From Candidatus Iainarchaeum sp. (lineage in GTDB: Archaea; Iainarchaeota; Iainarchaeia; Iainarchaeales; DTGL01): a DNA stretch of 64,000 nt. Below, piece by piece: positions 45,622-57,138 of this stretch (within the stretch, counting starts at the first letter, position 1; every line of letters begins with the position of its first letter). A model generated the notes under the pieces. That model was not told the origin of the DNA. It worked only from the letters and a program-made list of their open reading frames with translations, and did no database searches. Both the position numbers and the translations under genes were made by a program. Location of the stretch: contig JAOAJX010000001.1 of assembly GCA_026413945.1 (NCBI GenBank), positions 96,001 to 160,000 of the forward strand, written 5' to 3'.

Positions 45622-47433
45622 ATGCAAAAAGATTTCACGGTTTTTGAAGTTGGTTGGGAAGTTTCAAATAAAGTTGGTGGCATATACGCTGTTCTTTCAA
45701 CAAAGGCAGCTGAATCTAAAAACAGCCTTAAAAACTTTTTTACAATAGGGCCTTATTTTAGAAGAAATGCAGCCATTGAGTTTGAGGAAGAAACTCCTTC
45801 AAAAGAGTTCGCACAAGTATTTGATTACTTAAAAAAAACCCACGGCATTATCTGCCACTCAGGCCATTGGCTTGTTCCAGGCAGACCAAAGTGCTTACTA
45901 GTAGACCCTAATGATTTAAAAGCAAAAACCAACGAAATAAAACGCGAATTTTGGGATCTATATAAGATCGATTCTCTGGGCTCAGGTGATGATTACAACG
46001 AACCAATTGTTTGGGGCAAAGCAGTCGGCCTCTTGCTGGAACAACTCATTAAAGAAGTCTTCTCAAAAGAACACGAGTTAAAAAAATGCATAGTTCATTG
46101 TCATGAATGGCTTTCTGGTGGAACACTGCTTCATTTAAAGCATTATTTGCCAGAAGCAAAAACAATTTTTACAACGCATGCAACCATGCTCGGAAGGTGT
46201 ATAGCTGCCTCAGGAGAACCGTTACATGAGGAAATACTTTCAAAATTAAATACTGATGAAACAATGCCAATAGATCGCGCTTACCGATATGGCATACAGG
46301 CAAAGCACCTCACTGAAAAAGCCTGCGCAAAAAATGCGACAATATTTACAACAGTTTCCGATTCTTGTGCAAATGAAGCCAAATATATTCTTGGGCGAAA
46401 ACCAGATATCCTGACACCAAACGGCCTTAATGTTGAAAAGTTTTATGTGATGGAAGAACTCGCAAACTTGCATGTTGTTTATAGGAATATCATTAGAAGA
46501 TTTTTATTGGATTACTTTGCGCCTTATTACTATATAAATGTCGAAGATAGTTTATTTTATTTTATATCCGGCAGATACGAAACAAGAAACAAGGGAATAG
46601 ACCTTTTCATAGACGCGCTTGGCTTACTCAACAAAGAACTTAGCTCAGACCAAAAAAGCACCACCTTATTTGCTTTCATTTTTGTGCCCGCACCAAATAG
46701 AGGTAAAAATATAGAGCTTTTGAAACATATGGCATTATATGAGCGCTTAGAAGACGAAATTGAGGATGAAATAAGAAAAATAAAAAACCGCTTATATTAC
46801 AGCATATCTAAAGGAGAGCCACCAACAGGCAACAATCTTCTTGATGACGAGTTTCTATACAAAGTCAAAAAGATGCTCTTTGAACTTAAGCATGAAAATA
46901 ACGAGTTACCACCAATAAGTGTTCTTGAGGTTGACGAAAATGATACAATACTAAATCTAATAAAAAAGAATGGCTTACTAAATAGAGAAACAGATAAAGT
47001 AAAGGTTTTATATTACCCAACTTATCTTAGCACAGCCGATGGTTTGATAGGCCTTGAATATTATCAAGCAGTGATTGGTTGTCATTTAGGGGTTTTTCCG
47101 AGCTACTATGAGTCTTGGGGATATACTCCGTTGGAGACTATTGCACTAGGGCTGCCAACAGTAACAACTGACCTTAGTGGCTTTGGCCAATATATAATGA
47201 AGACCGTTAATAGTGACATAGCTAAAAAAGCGGTAAAAGTTATTCAGAGAGCAAACGTGCCTTATGCACAATCCCTGTCTGAGCTTGTCAGCCATTTGCG
47301 CTACATCTATGATCTTCCCAAAAGAAATCGCGGCGATCTTAAAATAATTGCTAAGCAACTAAGTTATGACTTGTCTTGGCAAAATCTAATTGAAAATTAT
47401 CTTAATGCGTATGAGCTTGCTGCTCAGCGCTAG
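45622..47433 (+). CDS. Glycogen synthase, GT3 family
   Basis: FEVGWEVSNKVGGIY, HCHEW, FTTHATMLGR, GRYE..NKG.D, GCHLGVFPSYYESWGYTPLE. Confidence 0.92.
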   Translation: MQKDFTVFEVGWEVSNKVGGIYAVLSTKAAESKNSLKNFFTIGPYFRRNAAIEFEEETPSKEFAQVFDYLKKTHGIICHSGHWLVPGRPKCLLVDPNDLKAKTNEIKREFWDLYKIDSLGSGDDYNEPIVWGKAVGLLLEQLIKEVFSKEHELKKCIVHCHEWLSGGTLLHLKHYLPEAKTIFTTHATMLGRCIAASGEPLHEEILSKLNTDETMPIDRAYRYGIQAKHLTEKACAKNATIFTTVSDSCANEAKYILGRKPDILTPNGLNVEKFYVMEELANLHVVYRNIIRRFLLDYFAPYYYINVEDSLFYFISGRYETRNKGIDLFIDALGLLNKELSSDQKSTTLFAFIFVPAPNRGKNIELLKHMALYERLEDEIEDEIRKIKNRLYYSISKGEPPTGNNLLDDEFLYKVKKMLFELKHENNELPPISVLEVDENDTILNLIKKNGLLNRETDKVKVLYYPTYLSTADGLIGLEYYQAVIGCHLGVFPSYYESWGYTPLETIALGLPTVTTDLSGFGQYIMKTVNSDIAKKAVKVIQRANVPYAQSLSELVSHLRYIYDLPKRNRGDLKIIAKQLSYDLSWQNLIENYLNAYELAAQR

Positions 47434-48601
47434 CTCCAAGGCGCATCTTGAGATCGCTTATTGCATTTAAATAATTTATGTAAGCGTCATAAGGAGTTTC
47501 ATAAGGGTTGAAGTACTTATGTACGTCGCCATCAGCAAACCACTTTGTGCACATATAGTAAAAATGATCGGATGTTTGCAGTAGTCGCCAATTGTGTAAA
47601 AGCTTAGGATCTTTATTCCTTTTAATTTTACCTTCAAGTGCCCTAATCTCATTAAAAGCATGCAGTTGGATTTTATTTTCAATCCAAGCAGATAAATCCC
47701 TATCAATATCGGCCCAAGATAAGAAATGTGGAACATCGATTTCGTCTTTTGGTTCGAGTTTTTTTATTAAACTAGACGCACATGAAAACTCACAATCTTT
47801 GTACTTAAGTATCTCTAGAGGCAAGTACCTAAGAAATTCAAATATTCCTGTTTCAGGCCATTGATGTTCGCCAAATGTTTCATAATCCATAAATATATTC
47901 ACACAATCCCCTTGTGTAGCAGCTATCCATGATGCATATTTATCTGCAGTTAACGGGTATTCTACCCAATTTCTCTCAGAAAACCTGAATGCAACATCAT
48001 CACTAAGACGGTAATTGCGAAGCAATAGCATAAGATTTTCACCTTTTGCCTTATAAAGATAATTTGGGCTTCTCCACCCCAGTATCCTTTCACTCCCTTC
48101 CGTTATTGCCCCTTTAAAACCAAGCTTAGCAACAATCTTTGCAATATCGTTATTATAAACTGCCTCTGTGTTTCTGAATATTTTTGGCTTAACCCCAAAA
48201 ACCGATTTTATCTTTTTCCTGTGCAGCTTTACTTGCTCCCTAAATTCTCTTTCAGAAATCAAAAAAGAGAGTGAATGGTAATATGTTTCACTAAAAAGCT
48301 CAGCACATCCGCTTTCAACAAGTGCGGCAAAGCTTTCAATAGTTCTTGGAGAATAAAATTCAAGCTGTTCAATAAGTGTCCCAGTTATACTAAAATTAAC
48401 CTTTAAAAGCCCATCTGTTTTGTTTATAAGCTCAAGAATTAGGTTATTAGTTGGCTCATAGCATTTCCTTACAACACGCTCAAGATATGCTTTGTTCTTA
48501 TCCTCATCAAAATAACTCTTTCCCGACCCAATATCAAAAAAAGAGTAGTTACCTATCCTCATCGGCTGATGAACTTGAAAATAGAGACAAATTTTTTTCA
48601 T
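47402..48601 (-). CDS. GH57 alpha-amylase family protein
   Basis: FQVHQP, ETYYHSL, RNTE, DYETFGEH, SWAD, LQTSDHFYYM. Confidence 0.92.
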   Translation of the reverse strand: MKKICLYFQVHQPMRIGNYSFFDIGSGKSYFDEDKNKAYLERVVRKCYEPTNNLILELINKTDGLLKVNFSITGTLIEQLEFYSPRTIESFAALVESGCAELFSETYYHSLSFLISEREFREQVKLHRKKIKSVFGVKPKIFRNTEAVYNNDIAKIVAKLGFKGAITEGSERILGWRSPNYLYKAKGENLMLLLRNYRLSDDVAFRFSERNWVEYPLTADKYASWIAATQGDCVNIFMDYETFGEHQWPETGIFEFLRYLPLEILKYKDCEFSCASSLIKKLEPKDEIDVPHFLSWADIDRDLSAWIENKIQLHAFNEIRALEGKIKRNKDPKLLHNWRLLQTSDHFYYMCTKWFADGDVHKYFNPYETPYDAYINYLNAISDLKMRLGASAEQQAHTH

Positions 48602-48605
48602 AAAA

Positions 48606-49793
48606 TCACCTTGCGACTGAGTAATAAACATTCAAACAATCTTTTGCTACATCATTCCAATTACGGTATCTCAAAATCTCAGCCTTTGCCCTTTCTTTGA
48701 GCTCTTCATTTAATGGTTTGTAACTGAGAAGGGCAAGTATCTTATTTGCTAGACCATTAACATCCCAAAAATCTATCTTTAGACAATTTCTAATTACTTC
48801 ACTAACGCCACTTTGTTTGCTTATTATCACCGGAACTTCACAGGCAAGTGCCTCTAATGCTGTTAGACCAAAAGGTTCAGAGACGCTTGGCATAACAAAC
48901 ACATCCGCAATCGAGTAATACTTTGAAACATCGCTTTCAAAACCAACAAAATGAATCCTATCAGCTATCTCCAAATCTACGCTTTTTTGCATAAGATAAG
49001 GCATTTGGTCGCCAGTACCGACAATAACAAACCTAACATTTTTATTTTTCTCTAAAACTTTTTTTGCAGCATCAATGAAAAATTCAACACCTTTTTGTAT
49101 CGTAAGACGTCCAACGTATAGCACTATTTTGTCATTAAACATCTTTTCAATATTCATGCGCTTATATTTATCGAGGTCAATTGCGTTATAAATTACTGTT
49201 ATCTTGTTTGGATTTATTCCATACCTGTCAACAAGTTGCCTTTTCTCGTATTCACTAACTGTTATAATGGCATCTGCCTCAAGAAGACCTAACCTTTCTA
49301 TGTGCATTATCTCAGTATTCGGAAAAAGGTTGCCTGTACGATCATATTCTGTGCTATGGATCGTAACAACCAAGGGTTTCTTTAAAACCCTCTTTAGGGC
49401 TATCCCTGCAGAATAAGTCATCCAGTCATGGCAGTGTATGATATCACAATCAATTTTTGAGCCGATTTCTATCGCCCTGTTGTTATAATATCTTACTTCA
49501 TCAAAGAAGTGCCAACCATAAATAACATCAATTGATCTTTTGTATTTACTTTCAACAGGTAAAGTAATGTATGGTGTTAATTTTGAGCTTACACCAAAAA
49601 ATTCAACTCCGTTAGCTTGTATTATATCAATGAAATCATATTTGATACTTTTGCCAGTATATGGCATAATGAAAGTTATTTTAGTATTTAATGAACTCAA
49701 CGCTTTCGTGAAACCTAAAAGGTATGTTCCTAATCCGCCAGATTTAAAAGGTGGAAATTCCCAACCCAACATTAAGACGTGAAACTTTTTCAT
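48606..49793 (-). CDS. GT4 glycosyltransferase (glycogen-associated)
   Basis: GWEFPP..SGGLG, HCHDW, HSTE.DR, EPFGLTALEA. Confidence 0.9.
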   Translation of the reverse strand: MKKFHVLMLGWEFPPFKSGGLGTYLLGFTKALSSLNTKITFIMPYTGKSIKYDFIDIIQANGVEFFGVSSKLTPYITLPVESKYKRSIDVIYGWHFFDEVRYYNNRAIEIGSKIDCDIIHCHDWMTYSAGIALKRVLKKPLVVTIHSTEYDRTGNLFPNTEIMHIERLGLLEADAIITVSEYEKRQLVDRYGINPNKITVIYNAIDLDKYKRMNIEKMFNDKIVLYVGRLTIQKGVEFFIDAAKKVLEKNKNVRFVIVGTGDQMPYLMQKSVDLEIADRIHFVGFESDVSKYYSIADVFVMPSVSEPFGLTALEALACEVPVIISKQSGVSEVIRNCLKIDFWDVNGLANKILALLSYKPLNEELKERAKAEILRYRNWNDVAKDCLNVYYSVAR

Positions 49794-49909
49794 CTTTATC
49801 ACAAAGAAGATTATATTAAATTATTGGCTTTTATATTTAAAATAGTTACCTTTCAGGAATTAGTGAAAGTTAACCAGATAAATTACTACTTCTTAGAAGA
49901 ATAATTCTT

Positions 49910-51145
49910 CTAATTTCTTTTATTTGCTTTCGCCAATGCTTCTAGCCCAAACAACCGTTCGCCAGAAATAAGCTCGAGCAATGCTTTACCAGCTAGGCTT
50001 ACATGACTAAACTCACTTTCTTTAAATCCAAGTCTGCCTAAAGCCGTAACTGTGTCTCCGCCACCGATCAAGCTAAAGCCTTTAGAAGAAGCCATTGCTT
50101 CTAATACTTTTCTTGTTCCAAAAGCAAAAAGCTCTGATTCAAACTTTCCAACAGGGCCATTCGCAATTACACTCTTTGCTTTTTTTATTTCTCTTGAATA
50201 TATTTCTGCGGTTCTTTCACCTATATCAAATGTCATTTCATTTACAGGTAAATCCTTGATAAGTAACTCTTCACGAAGCGTATGCCTTTCAATAGCCAAA
50301 TCAACTGGCAATAATAGTTTTTTTTCGTGTTTTTGCATTATTTCTTTTAGCTTTGGCAAAAAATCGAGTAGACCTTTTTCTTTCAACATTTGTTCCTTAG
50401 AACCAAGTTTTATTCCTTCAGCAATAAGAGCCATTTCTCCTAAGCCACCACCAAGAAGAATTTTATTTGCTTTCCCCATAACAAGGAGTTTTTCCATAAT
50501 GGCTATTGAATCATCAGGTTTCATTCCCCCAAGCACAAGTGTATATTTTCCCTTTATTTTGGATAGCTTTGCAAGGGCCTTCAACTCTTCGTATAGCAGT
50601 GGTCCAGCATAGCTTTCCAGCAAAGGTATAAAACCAACAACACTAGCATGCCCTCTATGGGAGACACTAAGTGCATCTAATACAAAGAAGTTACTAACTG
50701 ATGCTATCCTCTGTATCAATGGGTTTTTTGAGTGCTCATCTTCGCTCAATTCATTTGTTTCAAAATCTAGGAAGCGAGTATTTTCAAGAATTAATGCTTG
50801 TCCAGGCGTAAGACTTTTTATCTTGCTCACATAGTCGTCATCCCATTTGCAAAATCCGATGCTTTGGCCTAGCATTTGCTCCAAAACTGCTTTGTGCTGC
50901 TCCAGAGATATGAAGTCATCCCTACCTTTTCTTCCTTGATGCGCTAAAACCACTACCTTTGCTTTATGGTCAATAAACTTTTTTATTGTGCGAAAATGCC
51001 CAACTATTCTCGGGCTTCTAATAAGTTTGCCATCTTTTACAGAGCTATTTAAATCAACTCTTAACAACACAACTTTATCTTCAACTCTTCCAAAATCAAT
51101 TTCCTTTATATTCTTAACAATTTCCTTTATCTTCATCGCTGGCAT
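49910..51145 (-). CDS. pgk: Phosphoglycerate kinase (archaeal type)
   Basis: LRVDLNS, AHQGR, LENTRF, HRGHAS, NGPVGKFE, GGGDT, HVSLAG. Confidence 0.95.
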   Translation of the reverse strand: MPAMKIKEIVKNIKEIDFGRVEDKVVLLRVDLNSSVKDGKLIRSPRIVGHFRTIKKFIDHKAKVVVLAHQGRKGRDDFISLEQHKAVLEQMLGQSIGFCKWDDDYVSKIKSLTPGQALILENTRFLDFETNELSEDEHSKNPLIQRIASVSNFFVLDALSVSHRGHASVVGFIPLLESYAGPLLYEELKALAKLSKIKGKYTLVLGGMKPDDSIAIMEKLLVMGKANKILLGGGLGEMALIAEGIKLGSKEQMLKEKGLLDFLPKLKEIMQKHEKKLLLPVDLAIERHTLREELLIKDLPVNEMTFDIGERTAEIYSREIKKAKSVIANGPVGKFESELFAFGTRKVLEAMASSKGFSLIGGGDTVTALGRLGFKESEFSHVSLAGKALLELISGERLFGLEALAKANKRN

Positions 51146-51149
51146 GTGA

Positions 51150-52151
<1,002 letters not shown>

Positions 52152-52175
52152 TTAAATATTTTGCTTTCAAAATAT

Positions 52176-53579
52176 TTAAATCTTACGTGTATTTTCCAAT
52201 ATTTTTTCAGCCTCTTTTTCGTCAACGCCAAAATAAATCAGCTTCTTATAAAGCATTTTAGTTATTTCGGCTAGCTTTTTTTCGCTTTTTGCTTCAGCTC
52301 TCACAATAAGTTTTGCACTTGTATTACTTGCCCTAACCAAAAACCAACCATCTTCCAAAATAACACGCGCACCGTCAATGCTTATTACCTCATACTCTTT
52401 GTCAAAATAATCTTTCATATCTTCAACAATTTTCCATTTTTTTAACTCTTCACAAGAAAGCCTTATCTCAGGTGTTATATAGTATCTTGGAAATTCTGAA
52501 ATCATCTCACTAAGTGATTTGCTTGAGCTACAAACAATTTCACAAAGCTTCAGTGAAGCATAAATTGCGTCATCAAATCCAAAATAATTTTCCCGAAAAA
52601 ACATATGCCCAGACATTTCACCAGCAAGCAAAGCGTTTTCATCAACCATTTTCTTTTTTATAAGGGAATGCCCTGTTTTATACATTATCGGGATTCCGCC
52701 GTTTTTTCTTATTATTTCAGGCAGAGCCTCTGAGCACTTAACCTCAAAAACAACTTTTGCCCCTTTCTTTCTGTCGAGCAAATCTTTTGCAAATAATGCT
52801 AGTAAGTAATCGCCTGCAATTATGTTACCTTTCTCATCAACAGAACCAATGCGGTCAGCATCACCATCAAAAGCGAGGCCAATATCTGCCTTAATCCTGC
52901 GAACCTCTTTAATCAAATGCCTGAGGTTTTCTGCTTCTACCGGATCAGGGTGATGATTTGGGAAACTCCCGTCAGATTTACAAAAGAGGAACTTTGCTTT
53001 ACAACCAGCGCCTTCAAAAACTTCTTCTGCAACTAAAGAAGAGCAGCCATTGCCACAGTCAACTACAACATCAATCGGTTGGCTTATTTTGATCCTTTTA
53101 AGGATATTTTCAATATAATTTTCTAATACATCTGCCTTTTCCAGATTTCCTTTCCCATGCTCAAAATCTTCTCCTATAACCATATCCTTTATCTGCCTAA
53201 TCTGCTCACCATACATAGTTAGCGCATCTTTTGATGCGCTTAGCTTAAGCCCATTAAAATTTTTTTCCAAATGAGAGCCAGTTATCATTGCTCCGCCATC
53301 CGCTTTTAGATGTATTATGGAAAAATATAACGCGGGTATAGGCACTAAGCCAATTGATATAACATTGCAACCGCTCTCAAGAACTCCTTTGCAAAAAGCA
53401 TTCATTATTCTATCACTGCTTTCCCTATCATCTTTGCCAACCACAACTTCTTGCCCAGAATTTCTAAGCACAATGGTTCCAAAGGCTCTACCAATAGCAT
53501 AAACAGTTCTATCATTTAATTCATTTGCTTCACCACGAATATCATATTCGCGGAATATTTCTGCTCTAATTTTCAGCAT
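52176..53579 (-). CDS. Phosphomannomutase/phosphoglucomutase
   Basis: FREYDIRG, ITGSH, FDGDADR, GEMSGH, VRASNT. Confidence 0.95.
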   Translation of the reverse strand: MLKIRAEIFREYDIRGEANELNDRTVYAIGRAFGTIVLRNSGQEVVVGKDDRESSDRIMNAFCKGVLESGCNVISIGLVPIPALYFSIIHLKADGGAMITGSHLEKNFNGLKLSASKDALTMYGEQIRQIKDMVIGEDFEHGKGNLEKADVLENYIENILKRIKISQPIDVVVDCGNGCSSLVAEEVFEGAGCKAKFLFCKSDGSFPNHHPDPVEAENLRHLIKEVRRIKADIGLAFDGDADRIGSVDEKGNIIAGDYLLALFAKDLLDRKKGAKVVFEVKCSEALPEIIRKNGGIPIMYKTGHSLIKKKMVDENALLAGEMSGHMFFRENYFGFDDAIYASLKLCEIVCSSSKSLSEMISEFPRYYITPEIRLSCEELKKWKIVEDMKDYFDKEYEVISIDGARVILEDGWFLVRASNTSAKLIVRAEAKSEKKLAEITKMLYKKLIYFGVDEKEAEKILENTRKI

Positions 53580-54543
53580 TTTTGGCCCTTATGTTTTTTC
53601 TATACAAAGTAGCTGCCTCTTCAGGCGAAACTATATTTATTATGCACTCAGTTGCTTCTTCAAAGCCAGCTCTTTGGATGACTCTGGGTGATATGCAAAG
53701 ATGCATATGGAAATCGCCTTTACATGGCATCTGAAAAAAATAATTAAAATCAGCATTAATGCTTTTCAATGCCAACAAGGCTTTCTTTAACACAGATGCG
53801 AACTCATCAATTGTTCCGTCACTCATTTTTCCTATATTTGGGACGTGCTCTCTTGGGAAGATCCAAAGCTCGTAAGCAGCTCTAGACGCAAAAGGAGTAA
53901 AGGCCACTACATTCTTTCCAGAATACACCATGCGTTTAGAGTTTAGCTCTTTTTCTATGGCCTTACAATATGGGCAAATTTTGTGCTTCCTTTTGTAACT
54001 TTCAAAAGCCCGTATTTTTGAGTCAAGCCGCTCAGAAACTCTATTAGTTGCAATTATTTGTGAATGTGCATGTGATAGGCTCGCACCTGCACTCGCACCC
54101 TGGTTTTTGAATATAGTTACTTCTTTTATTCTATTGTCTTTAACTATCTTCACAAACCTTTCTCTATAAACTTTTATAAGATCAGAAATATCTCCCTCCG
54201 GAAGATCGCAAAGGTCTTTTCTATGGTCCGAGGTCTCAATTATAACCTCATGTACGCCAACAGCATCGCACCTTTCCAATAGCATTTCTTTTGTCCAACC
54301 TATCTTTCCCCTCTTTAAGACCGCCGGGAATTTGTTTGGCACAACCCTTATCCTCCAGCTCTTAGCATTTTCTGGATAACGTTTAATTTCGGCTGGTGTC
54401 CAATCCTCATGCTCAGGACAGAATGGACATTTGCTTTTTGGCGATCTTTTTGTAATTGCTTTTAAATGATGTGGTCGCTGGCTTCGTGAAGTTGCAATTA
54501 TAACCCAACTACCTGTTATGTAATCTTTCCTATACTCGTGCAT
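53566..54543 (-). CDS. galT: Galactose-1-phosphate uridylyltransferase family (GalT-like)
   Basis: R.QRP, CPFCP..E, VPNKFP, GVHEVIIE, KNQG..AGASLSHAHSQ. Confidence 0.8.
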   Translation of the reverse strand: MHEYRKDYITGSWVIIATSRSQRPHHLKAITKRSPKSKCPFCPEHEDWTPAEIKRYPENAKSWRIRVVPNKFPAVLKRGKIGWTKEMLLERCDAVGVHEVIIETSDHRKDLCDLPEGDISDLIKVYRERFVKIVKDNRIKEVTIFKNQGASAGASLSHAHSQIIATNRVSERLDSKIRAFESYKRKHKICPYCKAIEKELNSKRMVYSGKNVVAFTPFASRAAYELWIFPREHVPNIGKMSDGTIDEFASVLKKALLALKSINADFNYFFQMPCKGDFHMHLCISPRVIQRAGFEEATECIINIVSPEEAATLYRKNIRAKNAEN

Positions 54544-54566
54544 GATTTATAAAGTGTGTCGAACAA

Positions 54567-55007
54567 TTATAATTCTTTATGTTTTTTTATTTTTCCCAGT
54601 CTATCTAAAAAAATATTTGCCTTTTTAAGTACTTCGGCCGAATTACTAAAAGTAATCTTTTCTAGGGCTTTTTTGCAAGATAACCATTCATATCCAATAT
54701 GCTCATCCGAAAGATAAACTTCCTTAGTTTTACTCTCAACAAGGAAAAAAATAACCTCTTTCTTTACAACCTGACCTTTCTCGATAAATGAGTAACTTAT
54801 TCTTTTGCGGAATCCACAAATAATCTCGAAATCAGAAATACCTGTTTCTTCCAAAAGCTCTCTTAGCATTGCCTCTTGTTCGCTTTCACCTTTCTCAACA
54901 TGTCCTTTTGGAAAATCCCAGTGGCCTTTAGCATAATGAAGAACCAAGAAAACCCTTGGCTTAGAGTCAAAGAAAACTATTGCGCCTGCACTTTTTTCTT
55001 TTTTCAT
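54567..55007 (-). CDS. NUDIX hydrolase (Ap4A hydrolase-like)
   Basis: EKSAGAIVF, HWDFPKGHVEKGE....AMLRELLEETG, LSDEH. Confidence 0.9.
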   Translation of the reverse strand: MKKEKSAGAIVFFDSKPRVFLVLHYAKGHWDFPKGHVEKGESEQEAMLRELLEETGISDFEIICGFRKRISYSFIEKGQVVKKEVIFFLVESKTKEVYLSDEHIGYEWLSCKKALEKITFSNSAEVLKKANIFLDRLGKIKKHKEL

Positions 55008-55017
55008 ATAAACATCA

Positions 55018-55731
55018 CTATTCTATAAATTGCCTGTATTCAAAGCGATTGAACTTATAGAGCAGCCGCCTTATTTTAATACCATTAACTGAGAAGTCTT
55101 GAAAAAGATTGAAAATATCACCCGAAAAATCTTCAAATTCATGGTTTTGCGTAGCATCTAAAAAATATGTCTTGTTTTTGTAGTCAAACATAACAAACGC
55201 ATGCGTCCTAAGATCTTCTAATTCTGCTATCGTTACACTTGCATTTTCACAACCAAGAGCATAAAGTATTGAGCAAAGGAAAACAGCCATATCCTCATCA
55301 TCAGCTATTTTATTTGACAGTATTTCAGTAGGCGTTAACCAAAAATTAATATCAACATCAGGACTAACAAAAGCAACCTCTCTCTTAACAAAGTCAAATG
55401 CCTTTTTTGCTGCAAAAAGAAAGTCTTTTTCATATTGGTAATTATCTTTTTTAAACTCTTCAGCTAGTGACTGAACTGTCAAATCATCTTTGTTTATAAG
55501 GCCTTTAATCTCACCAACTGTTTTGGTTTCCCTCTCGTTTATCATGGGGGCATATTTCTTTAGCAAAAGTCGATAAAGTTTTAGCTTTAATCCTTTATCT
55601 GAAAATTCGAATATGTTAGAAGAACCCACCTTGGCTTTAAGATCAGCAATATGTCTATCCTTTTCTTTTATTTCTTTTTGAAGCTTAGAGATCTTTGATC
55701 TGAGTTCAACACAATCCTTACAGTTAGCCAT
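55018..55731 (-). CDS. Transglutaminase-like domain protein with N-terminal coiled coil; catalytic Cys absent
   Basis: FWLTPTEIL..KIADDEDMAVFLCSIL...THAFV...FLDAT. Confidence 0.6.
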   Translation of the reverse strand: MANCKDCVELRSKISKLQKEIKEKDRHIADLKAKVGSSNIFEFSDKGLKLKLYRLLLKKYAPMINERETKTVGEIKGLINKDDLTVQSLAEEFKKDNYQYEKDFLFAAKKAFDFVKREVAFVSPDVDINFWLTPTEILSNKIADDEDMAVFLCSILYALGCENASVTIAELEDLRTHAFVMFDYKNKTYFLDATQNHEFEDFSGDIFNLFQDFSVNGIKIRRLLYKFNRFEYRQFIE

Positions 55732-55856
55732 ATATACATAATTAGATGCGAAAGCCCTTAAAACTATTTCCATTCTGCCTTCTGTGAGCATGGCTTATTT
55801 ATTGTTCATTTACATAAAAACATATTTTTTTAAATGAGAGAACCTAATTTAGATAC

Positions 55857-56657
55857 ATGGCAACTGTTGCTAAAATATTTGATAAAAACAAACTTAAAAA
55901 AGCACTCAGGCGCTTTAGGCACCAAAAACTTAAAGAAATAGATTCTGAAATAATGCAAAAGGTTCCATTTAAAGATTTTGAAAAAATAACTAAAAGCGAG
56001 ATAAAAAAGATGAAAAATCTTTGCTTCAAAAACAGAAGCGAGCAGCTTGGCTATGAAATGCTCGCAAACATTTGCAATGAACTGCTAAAACAAAACAAAT
56101 CACAAATAATATTTCTCGAATCCATTGAAATTACTCTTAAAAATGATTTTTTGAATAGGTCAATAACAATAAGAGAATACCGCGAGATGGTTTTTCCAAT
56201 AAGAGAAAAGATTGAATACTTGAAATGCAAAAACACAGAGCTCGAAAAAACACTTTCTGAGGCCCTGGATGGTCTAGCACTATTCAAAAGGCTACCTAGT
56301 TTTGTCAGTGCTATGCATGAAAGAAAAACCGCTGCAGCTAAAACAAGTTTGACACTGTGTGGAATATTTGAAAAGATAAAAATTGATCAGCTTTCAAACT
56401 TGGAAAAAGAAATAATGCTAAAATATGGGCTTACAGAACAAGATATGAAAAAATTTACAAAAAAATCAAAAACACCAAATCTTAGCATTTATGAACTCGA
56501 GAAAAAAATTAAACGCGCTCTTTCACTAGCTGATAGAAATGAGTTGATTCTAAACAGAGAAAGAGAGCGAGTAGCCGAGCTCTTAGCTGAGCTTAGGAGA
56601 CATAAAAAAGGCAAAATCAACAAGAAATCCAGAAAAATTTCCGTTATCTTGCTTTGA
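55857..56657 (+). CDS. Hypothetical basic coiled-coil protein
   Basis: 266-aa K/E-rich ORF filling the gap between neighbours. Confidence 0.6.
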   Translation: MATVAKIFDKNKLKKALRRFRHQKLKEIDSEIMQKVPFKDFEKITKSEIKKMKNLCFKNRSEQLGYEMLANICNELLKQNKSQIIFLESIEITLKNDFLNRSITIREYREMVFPIREKIEYLKCKNTELEKTLSEALDGLALFKRLPSFVSAMHERKTAAAKTSLTLCGIFEKIKIDQLSNLEKEIMLKYGLTEQDMKKFTKKSKTPNLSIYELEKKIKRALSLADRNELILNRERERVAELLAELRRHKKGKINKKSRKISVILL

Positions 56658-57138
56658 ACTTTTTATATAACGTCTCTTGAACATTTTCAGGTACAAGATC
56701 TTTTAAGCAAGCACCCATTGATGCAAGCTCCTTTACCGTGCTAGAATTCACATAAAAATACTTGGGGCTTGTCATGATAAAAACAGTGTCAATATCCTCA
56801 CATAGCTTCCTATTTATAATGGCTTGCTGAAACTCATAGCTAAAGTCGCTCATCTCACGAAGGCCTCTCACTATAGCTTTTGCACCTCTTTTTATCATAT
56901 AATTCACTAAAAGACCATCAAAAGAATCAACTTCTACATTTTTTATATAAGCCAATGCATCTCTTGCCATTCTTACTCGCTCTTCAACTGTAAAAACTGG
57001 TTGCTTTCTTGGATTGTTTGTTATGGCAACTATAACCTTATCAAAAATATTGCTAGCTCTTTTTATAACATCAATATGGCCTAAAGTTATTGGATCAAAA
57101 GTGCCAGGATAAACCGCAACCCTTACTCTTTCTCTCAA
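56644..57138 (-). CDS. coaD: Pantetheine-phosphate adenylyltransferase (bacterial type)
   Basis: YPGTFDPITLGHIDVI.RA, RGLR..SDFSYE, SS.VKE. Confidence 0.95.
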   Translation of the reverse strand: MRERVRVAVYPGTFDPITLGHIDVIKRASNIFDKVIVAITNNPRKQPVFTVEERVRMARDALAYIKNVEVDSFDGLLVNYMIKRGAKAIVRGLREMSDFSYEFQQAIINRKLCEDIDTVFIMTSPKYFYVNSSTVKELASMGACLKDLVPENVQETLYKKFKAR

